Part shown: positions 1 through 12,242 of the stretch, in pieces
Position numbering within the stretch: the first letter of the stretch is position 1
Layout: each line of letters begins with the position of its first letter
Origin: Magallana gigas
Taxonomy: Eukaryota
Direction: 5' to 3'
NCBI RefSeq assembly: GCF_963853765.1
Contig: NC_088854.1
Span: forward strand, 11,718,001-11,782,000
Length of the DNA: 64,000 nt
The notes under the pieces: model-generated
The model's database searches: none
What the model was told of the DNA's origin: nothing
Seen by the model: only the letters and a program-made list of their open reading frames with translations
Made by a program: the position numbers and the translations under genes

Positions 1-1350
1 CCATAAAGATAGGTATATCTATGAACTGAAGTCCTCTGAGACATTAAATTTTACAAGGCTTTCCCACATATTGCTTACTAGTGCCATGATGCTTCAATGA
101 GTTTTTATAGACTTCAAATTGAATTTCTTTTCACTGAGAACACCATATTTTAATATTGCTTGCAGAATGAGCCTGGGTTCAAAAATAAATGTTTATAATG
201 CATACAAACATGATGTTACCTGTCTGAATGCCAAGCAAGGTATAAATGTATATTAAGTAAATATATGCTCTAAAACAGGTTATTCAGTCAATAAATCTTT
301 TACACATACATTATATGCCAATTTTGTATATGAATTCTAAGTATTAAAGTACAATACACTTGTAAATGTTCGTTTCACATCAAAGCTGTGTGTGACTTGA
401 TAATTTACACTTGAACCACAGCCATAACAGTGTCACTTTTTAATCAATTTTTCTGTAAAATCTGGATTGAAAAATATATCAAAGCCATTTTTTTCCTTCC
501 AAAGAGTAGAGTTACCATCATAGATTAATGTACAATTCTTATAAAAGAAAGAAATGAATAACACATTTAATATTATTTTACTTCAATTAAAGATCTACAC
601 ATGGAATATTTTAGATTATATTGAAATATATCTGCTCTCTTATTACGGTATTGATTCTAAAGTTAGACCATAAAGGTGCCAAATTCATTGATCTCCTAAA
701 TATGGACTGTGAACACTCAGTCTATTTCATTTAAATTACACTATAAGACTATTGATCCTCTAATCCCTTTGAAGCCAGAATTCAAATTCTCAGCATTAAC
801 TTTTAAGTCCACTCTTTTTATTATGCAGATATAAATAAATGGGCAACATTGTAAGAACCAGTTTTCCTCATTTTTTATTTAGACAGCTCTGCTGTTTTTG
901 ATGACAGCGTTGTTAAAAGGACTGAATACTGTTAGTAACACTAAGTAATCCCCGAGGAAATTAAAGTCATTCTGCACTACTGCTCATAGAAACTGAAAGA
1001 AAGGACCAGTATCAGAACATTCAGAGCATACATGTACAATTACGATCAGAGGGAAAAAAAGCATAGAGATCTATTAACTATGAACATTTCCCACAACCAT
1101 ATAACGAAATTATCTATATTAATGCAACATTTCATTTCAATACATGCATCGGATGCATCCAGAGTTATTTCAAGAATTACTATCAAATATCAAAATGATT
1201 CAAACTCCACAAACAATATATCTTCAACAAAACTTTTTAAAAAGTTACTAAAAAAACCTGCCTGTAAGGGGGCACCATCTTTCTTGTAATTAAAGTTTAA
1301 AGGATACATGTATATCATATATATACTGCAATACTATCATGCATACTTAC

Positions 1351-2346
1351 CATGTTTTCACTTTCTATTCTCCTTTGGTCTCTCTGTCTGTTAATTGCTG
1401 AAGGAGTGACACGCTGTGCGCTTACTGCATGAGGTTTTGACCTCTTCTTCTTTGGCTGATTTGGTCCTATATGCCTCATAATTTCTTTCAAAAGTCTTTG
1501 GTTTTCCTTTTCAATGAGCTTTGCCCTATGAGTATCAAATGTGAAATTTGACTTGTCATTACAGTGGGATTTAGGAGGCTCAAACATCACTCTCCTATTG
1601 CTCTTAAGTCTTTGCTGTTTATCAATTTCAGACACAGCGTCCATTAAGATGCTCAAGTCCAACTGTTTGCTCTTGAGTTGAACCTCACCAGAATAATCAT
1701 TGACTTGATCTGAATATTGCACATGACCATTGTCTAAATCCCTTGGGGACGGCAAAGGAGATACATCAGTCATTTCACTATCTGATCCTGATTTGCCGTT
1801 TGACGATTTGTTTTCTCTCTTGGACAAATCTTCTGTGGATGGTGTTTTCTTCGTTATATCTATTCTTTCAATTCCTTGTCCCCAGGCTTCTTTTGTTTTA
1901 TCATTCGGACGATTATATCGCGACTCTTTCTTTTGAGCTTTTCTTCTTTCCTCCTCAATGATTCTACTTTCATCCCCTGATGAGTCGTCGGAATATGTAC
2001 TTGAATCACTAGAGTAACTGTAAGAACCCCCTTTTTTGCTAGTTTTCTTTTGCTTGGTCTTACTTCGGATTCGTGCTGTGGATCCTTCTGAACTATATGA
2101 TTTATCAGATTCCGAGTCTACATCACTATCAATCTCACTGTCACTTGATTCAGAATCAGAGTATTTCTTTTCTTTCGCTCTAAAGCTCACGTCGCCATGT
2201 TTTTCACTGCTTTTCTCAGAGTGAGGCCCTTCGTAAATTCTATTGTTCTCGTCTAATGATTCCAAAGACTCAATATTGTTTCTAGGTGTATCGAAGAAAT
2301 CAAAATCAACCCTTTCTCCAGCACTCGATGTGATCATTGAAGCCAT
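1351..2346 (-). CDS. CFAP97: CFAP97/KIAA1430 (hemingway)-like protein, first coding exon; downstream exons not found in window
   Basis: ORF 2346-1315. N-terminal VDFDFFD motif, long Ser/Asp/Glu/Lys low-complexity middle, then FTFD...LIEKENQRLLKEI and PSAINRQRDQRRIESENM, resembling the KIAA1430 domain. Phase-0 donor ATG|gtaagt at 1350. Confidence 0.8.
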
Positions 2347-2510
2347 GATTGCCGGTAACTTTCTATTTATACTATTTCACCTGCACATCTTTCACACAGT
2401 TGTTTGATAGCAACACCGTGATGTCATTGATCAAAATCTCGCGAGATTTGAAGGACGAAATATCGTGGAGTCAACGAAGGCGGTAAAATACGATCAAACA
2501 TATTCGGTAG
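2347..2510. promoter_or_regulatory. Probable bidirectional promoter (CFAP97 / HMG-box gene) with TCTCGCGAGA palindrome
   Basis: Head-to-head gene arrangement. Locally CpG-rich. Perfect palindrome AAATCTCGCGAGATTT at 2434-2449. Confidence 0.55.
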
Positions 2511-2670
2511 AGTAAAAATCAATATTCCATTTACAATTTCTTTGTATGTAGTTATTTTTCGGCGTTATATACAGTGTTTATTTGTAAGATATTGTAGACT
2601 GGCATTACCTGAATGATGTACACGATAAGGATTAAAAACATTGGTGTCTTTATGGAGGGTACTCATAGGT

Positions 2671-2763
2671 GCTTGTGTGTAAAAAAGTGAGTACCTTGGA
2701 AGAAAAATAACTACTTTTCCTCCAAGGTACCCACTTGTTTAATTATTTTTTTTCTACACAAGC
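2671..2763. repeat. Short imperfect inverted repeat, MITE-like
   Basis: gcttgtgt...aagtgagtaccttgga / tccaaggtacccactt...acacaagc arms around a short spacer. Confidence 0.55.
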
Positions 2764-2884
2764 CTCTGTGGGCCACTTACAGAATTTTTAATACATGTAT
2801 GAATAATAATTTTTTGTCATAATCAAAATAATGAACACATTGTGTGGAATATTATGAAGGCTTTATACCTGGACCTATTCTAAT

Positions 2885-3024
2885 CACAGGAGTTCGAATT
2901 TTTATCAATAAAGCCAAAAAACTTACTTTATTGACTGACCCATGAGCTATGCGTAAGCAATAGCTCATGGGTCAGTCAATAAAGTAAGTTTTTGGCTTTA
3001 TTGATAAAAATTCGAACTCCTGTG
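2885..3024. mobile_element. 140-bp foldback MITE, CACAGG...CCTGTG termini, P-superfamily-like
   Basis: Arms 2885-2950 and 2960-3024 are complementary except for a 1-nt indel. Flanking direct repeat TTCTAAT at 2878-2884 and 3025-3031. Confidence 0.8.
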
Positions 3025-3099
3025 TTCTAATCTTGTTTCTTGAGCCCATGATTCAACTGCAGCATTCTTCCTTATGTACATCACTTTTATTTCAGTATA

Positions 3100-6000
3100 A
3101 TGGAGATTGAAAAATGTGCATCACAGAAAATCAGCTTTAAGGTGTTTTCCAATGAACAGAAATCAAAGATGCAGACAAAATATCCATTTTTATGCAAGTC
3201 TCAGATTAATAAAAAAATTAAAGATCTCTGGAAGAAACTGGACAATGCTGAAAAATCATGCTACACAAAAACAATACTTTCACCTCCAAAAAGCAAGAGA
3301 GTTAACAAACCACAGACAAAGAGAGCACAAGCAGGGGCATTCTCTCAGAGACAGAGTGACTCTACATATGGAAGAAGATTTGATAAAGAAAAAAGAAAAG
3401 ACAAATCTTTATTGTCTAATTTGCAACAAAATCAGATAAGAAAAGAGGATGGAAGACATAGCAGAAACCGGTTTACAGAAAAAAGAAAATTAGGAGAAGG
3501 AAGTCCAAAAGATGTTGGGGCAAAATCTTGCAAAAAAACAGTGCCTTGGAAAGGAAGACCAAGTTTAGGAAAGGAAGATCTATGGAGTGATTCATCGTCC
3601 CCAGAGAGAGTTGGGGGAAAAGTGGCAAAACCAACAAAGAGGCAGAAAAAAGTTCAGGGCATTCTAAAGCCAAGTGGGTAAGTTGAATGACTGAAATTGA
3701 ATTCTACTGAAATAAGGCTGGTTAGGGAATGTTTGTGGAGGGTAAATTAATTTACAGTAACTTAATTTTTGTCCATTTTGTCTCGATGCAAACAGTTTTG
3801 AAAAATGCAGGATAACTGTACAAATGTACCATGAAAGACACATCTCGTTGTATACCCCTGAAAACAACCACAGTGTAAATGACTGGTACATGGAAAGTGA
3901 AAGATTTGAACTATGTGACCAAATTAATAATGCTAAGTTTTCTTAAACTACTGAATGTTTTAACAGTTTTAACACAATATCAGTGCAAGTAAAAAAAAAT
4001 GTAAAGGGTTAAGAATAGTTTTGAAAAGATGATTTGAATAAATAATGTACATATGCAATAAAGGGATAACCTCACATAAATTTCTAAGCAAATGTTGCAT
4101 TTATTTATAAAAAGTTCTTTTGTAAAACACACTCTTGAGTTTTTATGAAGACTGGATACTGTGTCCTGGTTTACATTAATACCTCTTAATTACATTCAGA
4201 TAAAAATAATTTTTCATCTTTCAGTGATGCTTCCCGACAATTAAAGACAAAGAATAGAGTATCATTTGGGTCTCCACAAAATAAAGTTCCATCAAAAACA
4301 TCATCCCCAGGAAACTTTGGTGATCTAAACAATACAGCTTCCTCAGATGAAGATGACAACAGAGCAAGACTTTTACACAGAACTGATGATGACATGTATG
4401 ATTTTGAAAGAATAGCAAGGTATGACTTATGTGTAGAAGAGGAAGATATGTATGTCACCATGTTTCAGCAAAACCCAGACTTAATAATAAACCAGCATTT
4501 ATCTAAAACTGACAACCAACAACAATCTGAAAATGAAACAGACTTCAAGATTCCAAAGAATATCATTTCTAAAAGAAAAAGAAAAAATGAAGAAAGAGAT
4601 GAAGATAAGAGAGACCAAGGAAAGAATTTACTTTCTCCATTGACTGAAGAATCTTCTCAGAATTCACCATCAGACATAACTACACCAAATGTAAAACACA
4701 CACTCACCAATTCACTTATAACTCCTCAAATGAATGAATCATTAATGCAGCGAAAACTAGAAGAGGTAAAGAAAGCCCCTCAAAAGGCCAAAGCATTTTC
4801 TCCTAAAGCTTCCAGTGGAACTGAGCCTGTCAGAAAAAGCACCAGAAGAAGCATAAGTTCAGGAACAAGCAAGAAGTCTGATGTTGAAAAGGAAACTTCT
4901 GACTCTGAGAGCTTATCTGTAACACCACTGACAGAATCTTTGCAATCAGAAAATGAATCCACTGCCAGTCAATGCTCACAAGGAGACATCGAAGAAACCG
5001 CAAAAGTACTGTGTACAAAGAAAAAAAATCTAGGAAATTCAAACAGCCTAAGAAATCCAGAAAAATCTACCTTAGAGAGAAATAGTTTTGCTGACTATAA
5101 GTGCAAAGCTACAAATTTAGAGAAAAAAATTAACCCACAGCAAAAAAGAAAGAGGAGAGGTCAGCATATGGTGGCTGAGAAACCACAAGATGCTTACTCT
5201 ACAAGTTCATCATCAGAATCATCCTCAAGTCTGAAAGAAAACTTGGAGAAAAGACATAAAATGCCCAAGCTGTGTAAAAAAGATCAGACAAATATAAAAC
5301 CTCCACTGTCTGCCAATAAACCTGAAAGACAATCAAGAAAAGAACAAAGAGAAATTGAAGAAAACAGTTCACCAAAGCCTTGTAAGAAGTCAAAGAAAGT
5401 TAAAAGTCCAGTTGGAAGAATGGATGCTGACAGATTAATTTCTGAATCTCCAAACAAGATTGACAGCATCCAAAATTCCCCCATGGGAGAGTCCTGTTTA
5501 TATTTTAATGATGATCTTAGTAATGACAGTGACAATTCTTCAACAGTTATGGATGATAGAAAACAGACAAATCAAGTTATAATGTCAGCAATACTTAGAA
5601 TGCAACAAGCGATACAGTGTCAGGATACCACTGATACTGATGCTAGTTCTCCAAGTCTCTCAGGGATCAATGAGGTTTGTAGTTTCATTTCATTTGAATT
5701 GCTATTTAAGTTGACAAGATACTTGGATAATTTATGTAACATGATGGGAGAAATAATGACAAACGAGACCAGGATTCAAATCCTGAATCTCTAGTCAGGT
5801 GCCCTAAGAAGTTAGTTATCTGGTGGCGGTAGTTGAACTATGGTAGTCTGACTACCATTATTTCTCCCATTCGGTTATATTTGGGATATGGCCAACCTCG
5901 GTAGTGACATGTTAACTCTGCCAGGGGAAAAGCCTGGGGTAATCTTTGAGGGCGAAGATCATTTAAGGAGGGAGAAATGTGAAGGTCAGACCTGTTCAAA

Positions 6001-7119
6001 TACTGATGCCAAATACCTCAGTAGGTAGAGCTTTAGGGGGTCTGAGTTTATATCCCAGTCTGGTCCATCATTACGGTATTTCTCCCATTCAGTCACAAGT
6101 ACTTCTACTTATTGTTCATATGAAATTTATTCATTTTTGTCTATGCTTTTTTTTCTGTAGCCTGTCTCCTTGACTTCTGAGGAGGATAAATTTGTGGTTA
6201 CACAGAGTAGTGAGGAGGAGGGGGAGGTGGAGAAAGAGGAGGAGGAGAAAGATGATAAGGAGAAGGAAAATGAGCTGAAAATGTGTGAGGAAACAGTTCT
6301 ACTTCTGAATACTCAGAATTCAATTGATGGCTCCCAGCTTCAGAGTAGTAATTTGAGCAGTCCTAATAATAGCCAGGAAATTGTAAATAGTACACATATT
6401 CAGAATCAAACTACAGCTCAGGAAATCAGACAAAGTGAGATAGAAGACAAAAATGTACAGCAAATACAAAATGTTCATCATACAGAAAAGAAATTGGACT
6501 CCACAGGAATCGATGTAGGTTTTGCTAATTATCATGTTCTGCATATCAATAAATTTACCATTTTCATAAAAAAACAAAGCAATGAATTCATGTAAAATAT
6601 GTCTTTAATAGCTGGAGCAGGTTTGTGCTGGCGATGAAAAGAAAGATGTATTTCAGATGTTTTCCAAACCAAGTCCAACCACAGAAACAAATATGCAAAC
6701 AAGAAGGCAAGTAATTTTTGTGTGTTTAAAAATTTCTTTATGTAAGCCAACAACTGGGGAATCACTTCCTCATCTAATATTTTTTTACCTATTAAACCAA
6801 GGAATATGTTATTGACTTGAATACCCTTTAATATTAAACTGTAAACTGCAATTCATAGAGTATAATTAGACAAATGTTATATTCCATTCAATATTAGACC
6901 AAAATAAAAATGTAAGCTCTGACACATTTTTTTTATATTATAGCCATGATCTATTCCTTTCCTCATTTACAGAGAGGAGTAATTTAAAAACCCTTGGCTT
7001 GTGAAGATGAATTTTTTCATTACATGTCTAATCTCTATGATTCCAGATTCATCTCAAGCGCCAAGCAAGAGAGCAGAAGCAACTTCACAGATTTGTTCCA
7101 TGAGGATGACATTTTTTAG
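3100..7119 (+). CDS. Uncharacterised ~849-aa protein: N-terminal HMG-box-like domain, GILK + RVSF PP1-docking motifs, long disordered S/TP-rich region
   Basis: Exons 3100-3677, 4225-5674, 6161-6514, 6612-6706 (GC donor; alternative GT donor at 6711) and 7047-7119. Phases are consistent, total 2550 nt. FKVFSNEQKSKMQTKYPFLCKSQINKKIKDLWKKLDNAEKSCY fits the HMG-box pattern. Confidence 0.75.
5737..6097. mobile_element. Degenerate tRNA-derived SINE-like repeats in opposite orientations
   Basis: Minus copy ~5737-5823 and plus copy ~6013-6097 have A/B-box-like segments. The shared tail attatttctcccat is also present at ~5858. Confidence 0.45.
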
Positions 7120-7791
7120 ATTCCCCTTTTACTCAATCATATACTTTTATTATCAATTATTGTATAAAAATAAGGATGAATTGTTGTTCTTAAAAATTGT
7201 TTATCAATAAATTCCAATTAAAGTATCTTACATTAAAGTAAAACGCATGTACTAACAGTTTTTCAAGTGATGTTTGAATTTGAACAGGATCAAAGTACAA
7301 ATGTACATTTTATATAAATACCATAAATTCACATTTTATCAATTGTTGGTGCTACTTTGTATTTAGTTCATTACCCATGTATGGTACATTTATAGGTGGA
7401 CTCCTCTACTCAAGTTGAGCAGATTTACATCACTTAATACATTGTATGAATTTTAAAGAACACACAAATTATTTGAAATTGAAATTTGGTACATTTTGTA
7501 TTTGCATAATTTATCATACCACATATTTATAAACTTACTTAACTTCTAACTTATCCATAGTAAAATGCTACAACATTCAATTTTGTACAACATTTTGAAA
7601 TATAATGATTCAAAATGCTTTCAACTTGCCCACAACTTTACACACTTTTTAATAATGATGTTTATTTTTTATGACCATTGCAATCAAAACATCCACGATA
7701 AAGTGATGAATAAACTTTTTTTTTTAAATATTTACACAATGATAACAAAATGTCAATGAATTTATTTATTGGAGTCTTTCATTGAACAACG

Positions 7792-10700
7792 TCACTTTTT
7801 AGACCCCCCAAATCCTGAAAATCCCATGACAGCTGCCATATCTGAAGGACCCTCGGAATCATCGGGTTCAGCTTTGCGTTTCCTTTCTTTCCTTTTTTCT
7901 TTTTTGTAGGCCTTTTGTTTTTCTTCCTATGAAATAATTTAACAACAGTCTGTACTCTATACATTGCTTTATTACTGAATATCTATCAAATGATATACCG
8001 TAACTATGGCAGTACAGTTTTCCAATACACAAGTTGAAACGAATAATACCATCAAAAAGTATATTACAGTGTGTGATATACAATGTATATTGAAATTCAT
8101 GTATACTTTTTGGTAATTGTTGTTTAAAATCTGCTTTCAAAGAGTTGCTGACTCAAAGATTTTTTTTAGCCTGATCTTTTAGTTGTCCCTGTACTTCACT
8201 TATTTTCAAATTTATAATGAGTTAATGACATACCTCTTCTTTCAGCTCTTTTAATCGTTCTTCGAAATCATACTCCTTCTTTTTCTCTTCCATTTTCTTT
8301 TTGTTGATTTCAAATCTCTTCTTAACTTGATCTAAAGATGATCTTTCGATTTTCATGGACATTCCCAAATTTCTTTGATCTTTCAAAACAATGAAAGTAT
8401 GTTAGAATATTAATATAATGATAAATATGTGTGTTAAATACTGACCAAATACAGTAATTCCAAATAAACTTACGTTTTTTGCCATTGATGTGATCTAAGA
8501 AGTTAATGGAGTCTTTTACGACACAATCACAGACATTGCAGTAGTATCTATGAACAGAAAAAACCCAAATATATGAATACTGTTTATAATTCAATGTCTG
8601 TAATAAATACCTACAATACTTTTAAAGCATTTATAATCAAAACAGACTGACACAATAAATTAACTGAATCTCTGAGAAGGAGCCTCTTACCCTCCCTGTT
8701 GTGAAGCTGGAGTTGTTTTTGTGATGACTTGTGACTTTCCAAGTTTTGAATCCAAATCAACCTGTAAAAATACATATTTTTTAAATTTATTTAAATCATC
8801 TCCGAGAGCTCTGAGATAACATTGTATTTTTGTTAACAAGTGATATTTTTACATTTACAACTTTTCTATTAACAAAATTTTACAAATATTGTGACTTCTA
8901 CAGGTTTCATATTAGTCATCAATTCACATATTCAGATCTAGAGGGGCCAATGATCCCATCTCCTGATATTTTGGACATACAGATTACAGTATGTTATACA
9001 CTGAATTTACCAAACAAAATGGCCTTGGGACTCCCCTTGTAAACAAAAATATCTCTCCAACCATCCTACTAAGAAATTTGTTGTGTTCTGTGCCATATTA
9101 AGAAATGGCAAGTGATAAAACTACCTGTATTGGAATCAGAACTCAAAAATTAGCACCCACAGAATAAAGTTGAACATTATTGAATGCTCTTCATTAAGTT
9201 GTTGTCAAAATATTTTTTAAGTTTGGGAAATCAGGTACAGATTGTAGAAAAACATCAGTATTTTATGACAATTTGTCTACAAGCTTCATCTTCTTGCTTT
9301 GTAGTTGAATTTTGATACATTTTCTAAGCCAGTAAAACCCTTGCCTTATATTCTCTTGGTTTTAGGAGCTCCCTTTTTTGATGAGGTTCTCTGAGCTCTT
9401 TCTCAAGCTGTTTTCTCTCCTCTTCTTCCAATCTTTCCTGTGCAAGACGTTCATATTCATCCTTATCCCACTTGCGTCTGTGGTCTCCAGGATTTTTCTG
9501 AAAGAATTTCAATTAATTGGCCTGATAGTTTGAAATATTGTTGATGATTTGACTCTTTAGCTTGACATTGAAAAGTGCTTGTTTTGTAAACCAAATGATT
9601 CCAGTTTACCAGTTGCACAATCAACACATACATGTATTAAAATAATAAGCAGACAGTTGCTGGCACTCCACACTAATGTTCTGAAGAAAAAGAATATATG
9701 AGGATGAAAAAAATTATACCATAACTTAAATCAGTTTAAAAGTATAGGTTAATAACTTAGTTCAACCTGTACTAGCGTGCGACCAGTTCTCCCCGAGTAC
9801 CATTTCTTGCCAGTACATTTTTTATATATAATTTATGTATTGATATAATGACGTGACAATGACTGGCGAGAATTGGTACTCAACGAGAACTGGTCGCATG
9901 CCAGTAATATAAATTTAAAAAAAAAAAACATGCTTAACTTGGGTCACATTCCAAAATTACAAGCGATTATAATTTAAATGTTGATATTAACTTCATTTGC
10001 CTTAACCAAAGAAGTTGAGTTATAACAATAAAAAAACTAAAATTGAACATAATTTAATTCTAATTGTAACGCGGCATCTGATTGGATAGAAAAATTTAGT
10101 TAAATTTGTATAACATGGTTTGAACGTCACAGGACACATCACAATGCATTAACGTCAAAAATGTACTAATCCTCCTGACGTTACTTTTGAATTTTGAACA
10201 GATTAATATCAACTTGATTAGATATTGGGTTCATTTCTTATATAATAAAATATATTAAAAAAAATAACGCACCCTCTACTTAAATAAAGTACGAGTTTTC
10301 GTGAATGTTGCAGAATAACCTCCGAGGTCGAGAAATGTTGTTTTGAAATATAAAAGCTGAGGCTTTTATATTTCAAACAACATTTCGAGACCGAGGAGGT
10401 TATCCTGCAACATTCACGATAAGAAAAACTTTATTTCTATTCTACTAACAGCCCAGTATTTCTACAGATTGTTTCTCCTATAGACACGATCTAGGTCATT
10501 TTGACGGCTGTTCCGTGTAACCCCAATGGTTTTGTTAGTAATGTTTACATGTGTATCGATCAAAGGAATCACATGCAAACGACAGAATTTTTCTTTGGAT
10601 TTTTAATACTCTTTACTTATTTATAAAATATCTTTGAATCATATTCCGAATATTTTAAGGGCAATTTAATACGATTATTACTAATACAGTTAGATATTTT

Positions 10701-12077
10701 ATGTAAAAACATGCAGTGAAAATGTGCTAGGGAGGTCCTAGGAACGGTATCAGGAGAAAACGTACCCTATGAAAATCATAATTATACTACTTATAATAGT
10801 TTTTAATACTTTTAAATACTATTTTGCATAATAAATATACAGAAATGTAAGAGTTTTATAGATACTTTTTAGTTTTAAAGGGGTTGGACATATTAAATAA
10901 TTTTCAAATGCTACTTTAATGCATATTTCAATGCATAGATGTATAGATATATTCATTTTATGAATAATATCTTTATAATAATTGTAGCAACTTTTATTTT
11001 AGTAGTAGTTTCCATATAGACTTCAGTGGACTTGGTTTTATTAAGCAACTTTGTTTTAAAGATAAATTTCAAAAAAATGTAAAAAAAAAAATAAATAAAT
11101 AAATAAATAATGCGATATCGACTTCTTGAGATACTAATCATTTAGTTTTCCAAATGAGATTGCAATAAAAACTAATTATTTAACGGTCTCGTTTATGGTG
11201 TATTAATTGTCAACTAATTAAATTGCTCAGGCCATGTTCGTGTATATGTATGTTACAAATTATTGTCTTAATAATTTAAGTACGTGACTATGCATTTAAA
11301 AACAACAGCAACAAATGCTACAAATGTTCATTGTATATTTTATTTTGTTTCATTTAAGAATATCCATGAAAACCATTATTAATTATTTTCATAGGGTACG
11401 TTTTCTCCAAGAGAAAACGTACCTGGGTACGTTTTCTCCTGGAGAAAACGTACCCTATAAATTGGGTACGTTTTCTCCTGGGTACGTTTTCTCCAGCATT
11501 CCTAGGAACAGCCGCATTGATCTCTTAAAAATAAACATTTGAGGCAATACAGCATGTTTTGACTGTAACTATCACGTGAAATTGACAAAGTTTTAAAACT
11601 TTTTACGGTTTGAAGTTGTACTTTCATGGTCAGTGCGAGACAAATAGGTATTTCTGATCTGATAATTTACTGATGACGTTCGTGGTATATTGGAGAATAA
11701 TGTCCGCGGCATCTCTTTGATCTCGGCAATAACTGTAGTAGAATACAGTGTACTGGCTTTGTACATGTATAGTATGAGTAAGCAAAAGCAGGATAAAAAT
11801 TAGGATTTTTTTTTCATAAAGCTATACTGCTTTTAATTTTTTGGGGGGAGGGGGGGGGGCAGAAGGGACGTATATACTAACTTGTAAATTCACGCATGTT
11901 ATTTATATTGTTACTTGTAACGTCATACTATATATACAACTTAGAATATAACCTCACGTCCCTATTTTCTGCAAACAAGCTGTGCCAAAAATGTAAAGCA
12001 GATTCTTCATAATATCATATAAAAATGAGTTAAATAAAGTCATATCTAAACTGAATTACCTCATATGCGCCAGCCAT
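7792..12077 (-). CDS. ZMAT2: Zinc finger matrin-type protein 2 (Snu23 homolog), 198 aa
   Basis: Exons 12077-12060 (MAGAYE), 9497-9345, 8761-8691, 8547-8474, 8379-8234 and 7926-7792, total 597 nt. [43 protein letters not shown] and [15 protein letters not shown] are ZMAT2 hallmarks. Confidence 0.96.
9772..9904. mobile_element. MITE with ~45-bp imperfect TIRs, TA-flanked (Tc1/mariner-like)
   Basis: ctagcgtgcgaccagttctc...gccagt versus actggcgag...gagaactggtcgcatgccag. TA at 9770-9771 and 9905-9906. Confidence 0.65.
10283..10435. repeat. Imperfect palindrome, core of a dispersed non-autonomous element
   Basis: cgtgaatgttgcagaataacctcc...aaatataaaagc TGAG gcttttatatttc...ggaggttatcctgcaacattcacg, centred on 10358-10361. 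Confidence 0.7.
10735..11509. mobile_element. Non-autonomous TIR element with subterminal GGGTACGTTTTCTCC repeats
   Basis: The left end gtcctaggaa...ggagaaaacgtaccctatgaaaat mirrors the right end attttcatagggtacgttttctcc...ttcctaggaac. The right end carries several direct and inverted copies of the motif (11390-11495). Confidence 0.6.
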
Positions 12078-12242
12078 CTTGGTAAATGAAGTCGTTTGTC
12101 TTTGTTTTTATTTTGGTCGACCGAATTTCCTTTCAAATCTGAAAACTAGTTAACTTGTACTTTGTCACATCGAGAAGTATAAATATATATTTTTAGAATT
12201 AAACGGAAAATATACACTCGTCTGATACATCCCATCGTAAGT
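12060..12242. promoter_or_regulatory. Probable bidirectional promoter ZMAT2 / FAM114A with candidate FAM114A 5' UTR donor
   Basis: YY1-like CAAGATGGC overlaps the ZMAT2 ATG (12072-12080, minus strand). Plus-strand gtaagt at 12237. FAM114A acceptor tgtag at 14167. Confidence 0.45.

Noticed and set aside
1-1350. Downstream CFAP97 exons
   Set aside because: Candidate acceptors gave frames with no resemblance to the expected C-terminal domain. The exons are probably left of the window.
1730-2224. Plus-strand ORFs opposite CFAP97, and similar antisense ORFs at 3473-5535 and 14107-14744
   Set aside because: Shadow ORFs on the complement of low-complexity real exons.
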